Below, piece after piece: positions 19,901 to 29,291 of a stretch of 64,000 nt of DNA (its first letter is position 1; each line of letters opens with the position of its first letter). Under the pieces are notes generated by a model. The model saw only the letters and a list, made by a program, of their open reading frames with translations. It made no database searches and was not told the DNA's origin. The translations under genes and the position numbers were made by a program. This DNA is from Bdellovibrionota bacterium. Lineage in GTDB: Bacteria > Bdellovibrionota > UBA1018 > CAIPTA01 > JAALKR01. The stretch is taken from NCBI GenBank assembly GCA_965207455.1, contig CBDBMJ010000003.1, positions 1-64,000 on the forward strand, given 5' to 3'.

Positions 19901-21646
19901 TCCAGCTCCTTTGATAATCACATTCCAATTTTTAGTCTAAGGAATTTAGAAATTGGAGGTAGCGTTGGATTATATTCTGATAATAGTTGCAGCACCTTGG
20001 CACAGGATTTAATTGAAATAACAGAAGAAAGCATGGAGATAGATCTACATAGACCTTTGTTTAATTACGGTATCTATACTTATTCTGCAAGACAAACAGA
20101 TAGTTCAGGTAATGTTTCAGATTGCTCCAGCGCTATATCTTATGAATTTTTCGCTCCTTTTGAATCTGTTTGGGCGGTTGGGCAATCAGGATATGGCGAT
20201 GGAGATCGAAGTGTTACCCTTCCTCTAAGAGAGAGTGATGGAGATGGAAATAACTTTGATTACGATTTCATTGTTGATTGGGGTGATGACTCTGATGAAC
20301 AAGCAGTTACTGTTTATAGCGATGATGTTACTCATACCTATGCAGATGCAGGAGACTATACCATTAAGATAAAAGGAATACTGCCAACTTGGTATTTTAA
20401 TAATGGAGGAGATAAAAATAAAATAATTGAGGTAAAAAATCTTGGAGAAGTGGGCTGGAAAAATTTAGATTCTGCTTTCGAGGGGTGCAGGAAGCTCACT
20501 GAATTTACTACTGGCACCACAGACACCTCTCAAGTGACAAATATGTATGCTATGTTTGATTATGCTTCAGGTTTAGAGTCCCTTGATTTATCCAATTGGG
20601 ATACCTCTAATGTAATAGATATGGGCTATATGTTTTATACGACTTCGAGTTTGAGGTCCCTTAATTTATCTGGCTGGGATACCTCTAATGTAATAGATAT
20701 GGGCTATATGTTTTATACGACTTCGAGTTTGAGGTCCCTTAATTTATCTGGCTGGGATACCTCTAGTGTAATAGATATGCATAATATGTTTGCTTATGCT
20801 TCAGAACTAACTACCCTTAACTTATCTGGCTGGGATACCTCTAGTGTAATAGATATGCATAATATGTTTTCTTTTTCTTCAAACTTATCCTCTCTTGATT
20901 TATCTCATTTTGTTACCTCTAATGTAATATATATGCATAATATGTTTGCTTATGCTTCAAAACTAACTACCCTTAACTTATCTGGCTGGGATGTTTCTAA
21001 TGTAACGAATATGAGCGCTATGTTTAATGCTATTTCAAGTTTGACTTCTCTTGATTTATCTCATTTTGTTACCTCTAATGTAATATATATGCATAATATG
21101 TTTGCTTATGCTTCAAAACTAACTACCCTTAACTTATCTGGCTGGGATACCTCTAATGTAATAGATATGCATAATATGTTTGATCATGCTTCAAAACTAA
21201 CTACCCTTAACTTATCTGGCTGGGATACCTCTAGTGTAATAGATATGCATAATATGTTTGATTATGCTTCAGGTTTAGAGTCCCTTGATTTATCTCATTT
21301 TAATACCTCTAGTGTAATAGATATGCATAATATGTTTGATTATGCTTCAGGTTTAGAGTCCCTTGATTTATCCAATTGGGATACCTCTAATGTAACGAAT
21401 ATGCAGTCTATGTTTGCTTATGCTTCAGGTTTAGAGTCCCTTGATTTATCCAATTGGGATACCTCTAATGTAACGAATATGCTGTCTATGTTTTCTAATA
21501 CTTCAAGTTTAGTGTCTCTCAATTTATCTGATTGGGATATTTCCGCTTTGAAGTTCTCTTACAGCATATTTTATTATACTCATGCTGATCTTGCGCTCAC
21601 TTGTTCTGACGGTCTAACTGATTTTTTGGGGAAAGACTGTCAGTAA
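16955..21646 (+). CDS. Surface lipoprotein copy 3: about 10 Ig-like repeats, variant PKD-like domain, about 13 BspA/DUF285-type repeats
   Basis: 1563-aa paralog. Confidence 0.85.
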   Translation: MNNLFVKMVGTFCSSSYMYLGWVLKNLCSSGTLACKSLNLHIIPFILFASLVGCSSSDSGSNLLPSNSLTPSLPPEFAIEIEGINPDEGIYYSKNSSPAFKFSNVRDGASVSLHKIEECAGESVSSDSIPADGQVSVGLKNSITADGEYTYYAKHANGAEVFDCLEIKYHLDTLAPAEPTIGLAQGTLSPSNNTTPSFVLSGVEDGALVSLHTDDQCAEANIESGTATGDSITLTLQTALSSDGIYNYYAKQVDRVGNISGCSSEGLDYELDTSALTPTIGLAQGTVSPSNNTTPSFVLSDVEDGALVSLHTDDQCMEANKVTSGTASSDSITLTLQTALSADGTYTYFAKQVDGIGNISSCSSEGFDYKLNTNVLLPITSLAQGTVNPSSNTTPGFMVSNIKNGALVSLHTDDQCAEASKVESGTATGDSITLTLQTALSSDGTYTYYAKQVDGGSNISPCSNGISYTLDTIALIPTLSLVTSSLSNNPTPTFNLGNLETGGSVGLYSDDSCSTLAQDLIEITEESMEITLSTSLISSGTYSYFAKQVDRAGNISGCSSAGVDYELDSTAPSAPTIGLAQGISSPSNNTTPSFVVSDVEDGALVSLHTDNQCAEANKIRSGTATGNSIVLILQTALSIDGTYTYYAKQIDRAGNISGCSSASVDYELDSTAPGAPTIGLAQGINSLSSNTTPSFVASDVEDGALVSLHTDDQCAEANKVTSGTATGDSITLTLQTALSIDGTYTYYAKQVDRAGNISGCSSAGVDYELDSTAPGAPTIGLAQGINSLSSNTTPSFVVSDVEDGDLVSLHTDAQCTEANKVTSGTASGDSITLTLQTALSSDGTYTYFAKQVDRAGNISGCSSAGVDYELDTNALPPTIGLAQGISSPSSNTTPSFVASDVEDGALVSLHTDDQCAEANKVTSGTATGDSITLTLQTALSIDGTYTYYAKQVDKVSNTSPCSNGIRYTLDTMVVAPTLSLVTSSSFDNHIPIFSLRNLEIGGSVGLYSDNSCSTLAQDLIEITEESMEIDLHRPLFNYGIYTYSARQTDSSGNVSDCSSAISYEFFAPFESVWAVGQSGYGDGDRSVTLPLRESDGDGNNFDYDFIVDWGDDSDEQAVTVYSDDVTHTYADAGDYTIKIKGILPTWYFNNGGDKNKIIEVKNLGEVGWKNLDSAFEGCRKLTEFTTGTTDTSQVTNMYAMFDYASGLESLDLSNWDTSNVIDMGYMFYTTSSLRSLNLSGWDTSNVIDMGYMFYTTSSLRSLNLSGWDTSSVIDMHNMFAYASELTTLNLSGWDTSSVIDMHNMFSFSSNLSSLDLSHFVTSNVIYMHNMFAYASKLTTLNLSGWDVSNVTNMSAMFNAISSLTSLDLSHFVTSNVIYMHNMFAYASKLTTLNLSGWDTSNVIDMHNMFDHASKLTTLNLSGWDTSSVIDMHNMFDYASGLESLDLSHFNTSSVIDMHNMFDYASGLESLDLSNWDTSNVTNMQSMFAYASGLESLDLSNWDTSNVTNMLSMFSNTSSLVSLNLSDWDISALKFSYSIFYYTHADLALTCSDGLTDFLGKDCQ

Positions 21647-21729
21647 GTAGCATTTTATCTTTCCCGAAAAAACGGACACTTTTACATAATCCATCGGACT
21701 CAAATATCCAAGCGAAGAATGTAACAATC

Positions 21730-23098
21730 TCATTTAAGGGCAGCTTGGGCAGCAGCCAGCCTAGCCGCGGGCACACGAAAGGGGCTACAGCTCACATAAT
21801 CTAGACCCAGTTTGTGGCAAAAATAAATGGAGCGTACCTCACCCCCATGCTCGCCACAAATACCCAGCTTCATGTTTTTTTGCACGGAAAGAGCTTTTCT
21901 AACAGCAATTTTCATTAATTCCCCCACTCCATCTTCATCGATGGAAACAAAAGGGTCTTCGGGGAAAATATTATTTTCCACATAGTCGCCAAGAAATTGT
22001 CCGGCATCGTCCCTAGAGATGCCAAAACAGGTTTGGGTAAGATCGTTGGTGCCAAAGCTCAAAAATTCTGCTTGCCCCAGCTTAGGGTCGGCAATTTTTT
22101 CTGCACTTAACGATGCTCGTGGAAGCTCAATCATCGCACCAATGGAGTAGTTTATTTGCATGTTTTGTTCCTGAAAAACACTTTGAATTTCTTCTTCGCA
22201 ATAATCCCGTATAAAACGAAGTTCTTTCCAGTGGGAAATAAGCGGCACCATGATTTCTGGCTCCACTACTATTTTTTCCGTTCTTTTCAATTCGCAAGCA
22301 GCTTCCATAATGGCTCGAACCTGCATCCGATAAATTTCAGGGAAAGAAATTCCTAACCGACAACCCCGGTGACCCAACATGGGATTAAACTCCGTTAGCA
22401 TTTCCTTTCGTCGGTGTAAATCTTTCTCGGAGACTTGCATCTCTTTTGCCAAGACCTGCATATCTTCGGGGTTATTGGGTAAAAATTCATGGAGAGGAGG
22501 ATCGAGTAAACGAATAGTCACAGGGAGATTTGCCATTTCCCGAAAAATACCTAGAAAATCTTTTCTCTGTATGGGCTGGATTTTTGCTAGGGCTAGTTCA
22601 CGAGATTTTCTATCACTGGCAAGAATTGTTTGGCGCATACTCATAATACGGTCCTTTTCAAAAAACATATGTTCTGTACGACACAAACCAATCCCCTCGG
22701 CACCAAAACCCCTAGCCACCCTTGCGTCCAATGGGGAATCTCCGTTGGCTCGTACTTTTAGGGTGCGCACTTCGTCCGCCCAAGTCATAAAGCGGTGGAA
22801 GTCTGGGGGAGGGGTGGGCAATATGGTGCTCACCATTCCATCAATAATTTTTCCTGTGGCACCCTCTATGGTGAGAACGTCGCCCTCGTGAAATGTTTTA
22901 TGACCAATAGTGAGCGTTCGGTTCTCGTAGGAAATAATCAATTCGGTGCAACCAGCAATGCAAGGTTTGCCCATACTTCGTGCCACAACGGCTGCATGAC
23001 TGGTCATTCCTCCCCGAGCCGTTACAATCCCTTCCGCAACGTTCATGCCATGAATATCTTCAGGCGACGTTTCTATTCGCACAAGCAAAACCTTTTCT
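21730..23098 (-). pseudogene. ppdK: 5'-truncated ppdK duplicate, copy 3
   Basis: Matches the 3' part of the intact gene (AAVVAR allele). Confidence 0.9.
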
Positions 23099-25003
23099 CC
23101 TGAGTTCATGCGTAGGATTGCCTTTTCTTTCTAACCTCTCGATATAATTAGCATTTATTTTTTTATTGTTAAGTGTCTCTTTTAGTTGTCTTCTGAAAAT
23201 TTTTCCGATACAATGTAAAGAGAAATTAAGGTAAGGAGGAAACAATATGTATATAACAACGCCAAAAAGAAAAGGTGGAATTACAGTCGTGCGCTTAATG
23301 CATGGATACAGAGAGAACGGCAAACTCAAACAAAAGGTAGTAAAAACTATAGGGCAATCAAGGGATCCGGCTCGGATTGAATACATGAAAAATGCCGCAA
23401 AGGAAATGAAGAGAAGCATAGAATCTGGAGAGAAACAAAATATCAACTTTCATGCGCCAATTGCCATGAATCTATATAACCTGAAGGGGAAGGTCTCCGT
23501 AAACAACGGTGTTCCAGATATTTTAGGCAGTGTATACGATAGGCTAGGTTTCGACAAAATAATTTCGGATACAAGAAAGGATAAAGAATGGAATGAAATT
23601 TTAAAATACTGCGTTTTCTCTCGACTCTTAGAACCATCTAGCAAATTAAGATCAATTGAGGTGATTTTAGATCAATTTGAAAAAAAAATCAGCCATGATC
23701 AGGTATTGAAGATGATGGATCACCTTTCTAAGAGGGAGGAAAAGATAAAAACATATCTATCAAAAAAAATGATAGAAGAAAGCAAGACTCTTGATCTCAT
23801 GCTCTTCGATGTAACAACGTTATATTTTGAGAATATAAATGTTACAGATTTAAAAAATTTTGGTTTCAGTAAGGACAGTAAATTTAAAGAGGTACAGGTG
23901 GTGCTTGCCTTACTCACAGATTCCGAAGGTCTGCCAATTACATACGAAGTATTCCCAGGCAATACAGCAGAAACAAAAATATTTATTCATTGCATGGAAG
24001 ATCTCAAGAAGAAATATAAATTAAATAAGATTCGAGTAACTGCGGATAAAGCAATGTTCTCAAAAAAGAATTTCTCTTATTTTGAGGATAAAGAAATCCA
24101 TGGTAATAGCTCTATGGAGTATATTATCTCCTGTCCGTTAAAGAAAATAGCAAAGAAATTACAGGAAGAAGTTTTAAACTTAGATAACTATACCCTGATA
24201 GATGAGGATAGAAGTGCATTTGAATTTCTCAATGATGGCAGAAGAGTAGTGGCTATTCACTCCAGGAAAAGAGCCGAATTAGATAGGCATAGAAGAGAAA
24301 AGTTGCTGGATATGATAAAGAAGCTAGAAGGAAAAAATGGAGAAATTGCAGTAGAAAAACTTACTCGTAATAGGGGGGTTAGTAGATTCCTTAAAAAATC
24401 AAAAGAAAGTGTAACAGTAAATAAAGAAGCTGTGATAGAGGACGCTCAATGGGACGGCATTGCTGGTCTTTGCACTAATATAAAAAATGCATCTCCTCGT
24501 GATTTAATGTATTCCTATAAAAGATTGTGGAAAATAGAAGAGTCTTTTAGAATCAACAAACATACATTAAAAATGCGCCCAATCTTCCATCGGCTTTCTA
24601 AGAGAATAAAATCTCATATAATGATATGTTTTCTCTCCTATATCATTTTAAGATACACAGAAATTTTCCTGAAATCTAGGAGGTTTTCCTTTGGTCCTCG
24701 AAGTTTTTTAAATACTCTTTCTGATATAAAAACATTGATAGTACAAGAATCTAAAAGTAAAAAGCAATATGCTATTCCTGAGGAAATGTCTGAAGAGGGA
24801 CAAAAGATTTACAAGGCATTTGGAGTAAAACGCAACGAGATAGCGCGCCTGCTATTGGACCCTATCGATCTTTCCTAGAGCCACATCCAACACATCAGAA
24901 TAAGGCAGAAAAAGTTAAGTGTCCTCCGAAATAATGTAATGCATAAAGTGTTTATTTTCAGCTACTTGGAAGTTTCGCGATGCTCCGAACGCATGAGCTC
25001 AGG
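23099..25003 (+). mobile_element. IS1634-family insertion sequence, copy 3
   Basis: Same ends and flanks as copies 1 and 2. Confidence 0.85.
23247..24878 (+). CDS. IS1634-family transposase
   Basis: 543 aa; one T>I change (ETKIF vs ETKTF). Confidence 0.9.
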   Translation: MYITTPKRKGGITVVRLMHGYRENGKLKQKVVKTIGQSRDPARIEYMKNAAKEMKRSIESGEKQNINFHAPIAMNLYNLKGKVSVNNGVPDILGSVYDRLGFDKIISDTRKDKEWNEILKYCVFSRLLEPSSKLRSIEVILDQFEKKISHDQVLKMMDHLSKREEKIKTYLSKKMIEESKTLDLMLFDVTTLYFENINVTDLKNFGFSKDSKFKEVQVVLALLTDSEGLPITYEVFPGNTAETKIFIHCMEDLKKKYKLNKIRVTADKAMFSKKNFSYFEDKEIHGNSSMEYIISCPLKKIAKKLQEEVLNLDNYTLIDEDRSAFEFLNDGRRVVAIHSRKRAELDRHRREKLLDMIKKLEGKNGEIAVEKLTRNRGVSRFLKKSKESVTVNKEAVIEDAQWDGIAGLCTNIKNASPRDLMYSYKRLWKIEESFRINKHTLKMRPIFHRLSKRIKSHIMICFLSYIILRYTEIFLKSRRFSFGPRSFLNTLSDIKTLIVQESKSKKQYAIPEEMSEEGQKIYKAFGVKRNEIARLLLDPIDLS

Positions 25004-25494
25004 GAAAACTTTTGACTTTATGCGATTGATCCTCTCATTCAAAAAGGAGATTCAGAAAAAGTTAATAAAGATTTTCGATGACCTATCAACAGAGATACAT
25101 TCCACCGCGTACGGTTAGATCATTTTTAAGCTATTCCCAGAATTAATTTTAGAAAAATCCTTTTTCTCTGGATTCTATTATTCAATTTAGTAAACAGCAG
25201 TGAAATTCATAGGCTAAAGTAGCCTGAACGGGTAACTTAGAGATAAATATGGATGTAGCTTGATTCCTATACCCATAAAAATGGAGTTTGAGCAAGGATG
25301 ATGCACTTATTTCCGTTTCACAGTAAAACTTTTGTGAAATAAAGAGTTTTTCAACACTCTTTCTTGTATTTATTTTTTCTTTGACACGAATTCTCTCCGT
25401 TTCACAAAAATAATAAAAATATCTCTAAAGGTATTACGGATTCCGACCGTTTTAACAAGTGTAAGTTGGAAGAGTAACTTTTAGGAAGTTTATA

Positions 25495-28400
25495 ATGAAT
25501 AACTTGTTTGTGAAAATGGTCGGAACTTTTTGTAGTTCATCTTATATGTATTTAGGTTGGGTCTTAAAAAATCTATGTAGCAGTGGAACATTGGCGTGTA
25601 AAAGCCTCAATCTCCACATAATACCGTTTATACTGTTTGCTTCCCTTGTTGGTTGTAGCAGTAGCGATTCGGGTAGTAATTTGTTGCCCTTTAATTCACT
25701 GACTCCTAGTTCGCCGCCTGAATTTGCTATCGAAATAGAAGGAATTAATCCTGAGGAGGGCATATACTACTCTAAGAACTCATCACCAGCTTTTAAGTTT
25801 TCCAATGTGAGGGATGGAGCATCGGTCAGCCTACATGAAATGGAGGAATGTGCTGGAGAATCAGTGAGTTCAGATTCAATCCCGGCAGATGGTCAAGTGT
25901 CTGTAAGGCTAAAAAATCCCATTACTGATGATAGAGAATATACCTATTATGCAAAACATGCCAATGGGGCAGAGGTCTTTGATTGCTTAGAAATAAAATA
26001 CCATTTAGACACGCTAGCGCCAGCAGAACCAACGATAGGATTAGCTCAAGGAACCCTCAGTCCATCAAATAATACAACACCTAGTTTTGTGCTGTCTGGT
26101 GTAGAAGATGGTGCTCTAGTTAGCTTACACACTGATGATCAATGTGCAGAGGCAAATATAGAATCAGGCACAGCTACCGGTGATTCTATTACACTAACAC
26201 TACAGACTGCTCTAAGTAGCGATGGAATATACAACTATTATGCAAAACAGGTGGATAGAGTTGGTAATATTTCTGGCTGCTCCAGTGAAGGTTTGGATTA
26301 TGAATTGGATACAAGTGCATTGACACCAACGATAGGATTAGCTCAAGGAACCGTCAGTCCATCAAATAATACAACACCTAGTTTTGTGCTGTCTGATGTA
26401 GAAGATGGTGCTCTAGTTAGCCTACACACTGATGATCAATGTATGGAGGCAAATAAAGTAACATCAGGCACAGCTAGTAGCGACTCTATTACATTAACAC
26501 TGCAGACTGCTCTAAGTATCGATGGAACCTATACCTATTATGCAAAACAGGTGGATAGAGCTGGTAATATTTCTGGTTGCTCCAGTGCAGGTGTGGATTA
26601 TGAGTTGGATTCAACGGCTCCTGGCGCACCAACGATAGGATTAGCCCAAGGAATCAACAGCCTATCAAGTAATACAACACCTAGTTTTGTGGTGTCTGAT
26701 GTAGAAGATGGTGATCTAGTTAGCCTACACACTGATGCTCAATGTACAGAGGCAAATAAAGTAACATCAGGCACAGCTAGTGGCGACTCTATTACATTAA
26801 CACTACAGACCGCTCTAAGTAGCGATGGAACCTATACCTATTTTGCAAAGCAGGTGGATAGAGCTGGTAATATTTCTGGCTGCTCCAGTGCAGGTGTGGA
26901 TTATGAGTTGGATACAACGGCTCCTAGCGCACCAACGATAGGATTAGCTCAAGGAATCAGCAGCCTATCAAGTAATACAACACCTAGTTTTGTGGTGTCT
27001 GATGTAGAAAATGGTGCTCTAGTTAGCCTACACACTGATGTTCAATGTACAGAGGCAAGTAAAGTAGAATCAGGCACAGCTACCGGTGATTCTATTACAC
27101 TAACACTACAGACTGCTCTAAGTATCGATGAAACCTATACCTATTATGCAAAACAAGTGGATAGAGCTGGTAATATTTCTGACTGCTCCAGTGCAGGTGT
27201 GGATTATGAGTTGGATTCAACGGCTCCTGGCGCACCAACGATAGGATTAGCTCAAGGAATCAGCAGCCCATCAAGTAATACAACACCTAGTTTTGTGCTG
27301 TCTGATGTAGAAGATGGTGCTCTAGTTAGCCTACACACTGATGATCAATGTATGGAGGCAAATAAAGTAACATCAGGCACAGCTAGTAGCGACTCTATTA
27401 CATTAACACTACAGACTGCTCTAAGTGCCGATGGAACCTATACCTATTTTGCAAAACAGGTGGATGGAATTGGTAATATTTCTAGCTGCTCCAGTGAAGG
27501 TTTCGAATATGAGTTGAATGCAAGTGTATTGACACCAACGATAGGATTAGCTCAAGGAACCGTTAACCCATCAAGCAATACAACACCTAGTTTTGTGGTA
27601 TCTGATCTAGAAAATAATGCTCTAGTTAGCCTACACACTGATGATCAATGTGCAGAGGCAAGTAAAGTAGAATCAGGCACAGCTACCGGTGATTCTATTA
27701 CACTAACACTACAGACTGCTCTAAGTAGTGATGGAACCTATACCTATTATGCAAAGCAAGTGGATGGAGGGAGTAATATTTCTCCCTGTTCTAATGGTAT
27801 AAGTTATACATTAGACACAATAGCTCTCATACCCACCTTATCACTAGTAACATCCAGCCCCTCTAACAATTCCACTCCAACTTTTAGTCTAGGGAATTTA
27901 GAGATTGGAGGTAGCGTTGGATTATATTCTGATAATAGTTGCAGCACCTTGGCACAGGATTTAATTGAAATAACAGAAGAAAGCATGGAAATAACTCTAT
28001 CTATGCCTTTAGTTAATTATAGCACTTACTCCTACCATACGAGACAAATAGACAGTTTCGATAATATTTCAGATTGCTCCAGCGCTATATCTTATGAATT
28101 TATTACCCCTCCTTTTGAATCTGTTTGGGCGGTTGGGCAATCAGAATATGGCGATGGAGACCAAAGTGTGACTCTTCCTCTAAGAGAGTATGATGGAAAT
28201 GGAAATAACTTTGATTACGATTTCACCGTTTATTGGGGGGATGGCTCTAAAGAAACAGTTACAGCCTTTAGTAATGATATTACCCATGAATACACAAATC
28301 CAGGAGACTATACAATTAAAATAATAGGTCCAAAGCTTCCGGCTTGGTATTTTAATAATGAAGGAGATAAAAATAAAATAATTGAGGTAAAAAATCTTGG

Positions 28401-29208
28401 AGTAGTGGGCTGGAAAAATTTAGCAGCTGGTTTTTATGATTGTCGAAAACTTACCAGATTTACTGCTGGGACCACAGATACCGCTCAAGTAACAGATATG
28501 AATAGGATGCTTCTTAATACTAGAAGTTTAACTTCAATTAATTTATCTGGTTTTAGTACCGAAAAAGTAACGAGTATGGATTATATGTTTCAGAGTATTG
28601 CCGCAACTTCGATTAATGTATCTGGTTTCAACACCATTAACGTGAAAAGTATGAATGGTGTGTTTTGGAGTACTGCGAGTTTGGAGTCTCTTGATTTATC
28701 TGATTGGAATGTCTCTAATGTGAAAAGTATGTATGGTATGTTTTCTAATGCTTCAAAACTAACTACCCTTAACTTATCTGGCTGGGATACCTCTAGTGTA
28801 GCTCATATGAGGTCTATGTTTGCTTATGCTTCGAGTTTAACTTCCCTTGATTTATCTCATTTTGATACCTCTAGTGTAATATATATGCATAATATGTTTG
28901 CTTATGCTTCGAGTTTAACTTCCCTTGATTTATCTCATTTTGATACCTCTAGTGTAATATATATGCATAATATGTTTGCTTATGCTTCAAAACTAACTAC
29001 CCTTAACTTATCTGGCTGGGATACCTCTAATGTAACGAATATGCAGTCTATGTTTTCTGATACTTCAAGTTTAGTGTCTCTCAATTTATCTGGTTGGGAT
29101 GTTTCCGCTGTGGAGCTCTCTTCCAGCATATTTTCTTATACTCATGCTGATCTTGCGCTCACTTGTTCTGACGATGCAGCTGCTTTTTTTGGGAAAGACT
29201 GTCAGTAA
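25495..29208 (+). CDS. Surface lipoprotein copy 4: about 8 Ig-like repeats, PKD-like domain, about 8 BspA/DUF285-type repeats
   Basis: 1237-aa paralog. Confidence 0.85.
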   Translation: MNNLFVKMVGTFCSSSYMYLGWVLKNLCSSGTLACKSLNLHIIPFILFASLVGCSSSDSGSNLLPFNSLTPSSPPEFAIEIEGINPEEGIYYSKNSSPAFKFSNVRDGASVSLHEMEECAGESVSSDSIPADGQVSVRLKNPITDDREYTYYAKHANGAEVFDCLEIKYHLDTLAPAEPTIGLAQGTLSPSNNTTPSFVLSGVEDGALVSLHTDDQCAEANIESGTATGDSITLTLQTALSSDGIYNYYAKQVDRVGNISGCSSEGLDYELDTSALTPTIGLAQGTVSPSNNTTPSFVLSDVEDGALVSLHTDDQCMEANKVTSGTASSDSITLTLQTALSIDGTYTYYAKQVDRAGNISGCSSAGVDYELDSTAPGAPTIGLAQGINSLSSNTTPSFVVSDVEDGDLVSLHTDAQCTEANKVTSGTASGDSITLTLQTALSSDGTYTYFAKQVDRAGNISGCSSAGVDYELDTTAPSAPTIGLAQGISSLSSNTTPSFVVSDVENGALVSLHTDVQCTEASKVESGTATGDSITLTLQTALSIDETYTYYAKQVDRAGNISDCSSAGVDYELDSTAPGAPTIGLAQGISSPSSNTTPSFVLSDVEDGALVSLHTDDQCMEANKVTSGTASSDSITLTLQTALSADGTYTYFAKQVDGIGNISSCSSEGFEYELNASVLTPTIGLAQGTVNPSSNTTPSFVVSDLENNALVSLHTDDQCAEASKVESGTATGDSITLTLQTALSSDGTYTYYAKQVDGGSNISPCSNGISYTLDTIALIPTLSLVTSSPSNNSTPTFSLGNLEIGGSVGLYSDNSCSTLAQDLIEITEESMEITLSMPLVNYSTYSYHTRQIDSFDNISDCSSAISYEFITPPFESVWAVGQSEYGDGDQSVTLPLREYDGNGNNFDYDFTVYWGDGSKETVTAFSNDITHEYTNPGDYTIKIIGPKLPAWYFNNEGDKNKIIEVKNLGVVGWKNLAAGFYDCRKLTRFTAGTTDTAQVTDMNRMLLNTRSLTSINLSGFSTEKVTSMDYMFQSIAATSINVSGFNTINVKSMNGVFWSTASLESLDLSDWNVSNVKSMYGMFSNASKLTTLNLSGWDTSSVAHMRSMFAYASSLTSLDLSHFDTSSVIYMHNMFAYASSLTSLDLSHFDTSSVIYMHNMFAYASKLTTLNLSGWDTSNVTNMQSMFSDTSSLVSLNLSGWDVSAVELSSSIFSYTHADLALTCSDDAAAFFGKDCQ

Positions 29209-29291
29209 GTAGCATTTTATCTTTCCCGAAAAAACGGACACTTTTACATAATCCATCGGACTCAAATATCCAAGCGAAGAATGTAACAATC

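Noticed and set aside
1366..29208. Complete diversity-generating retroelement
   Set aside because: No reverse transcriptase, accessory gene or template repeat in the window; kept only as a testable hypothesis.
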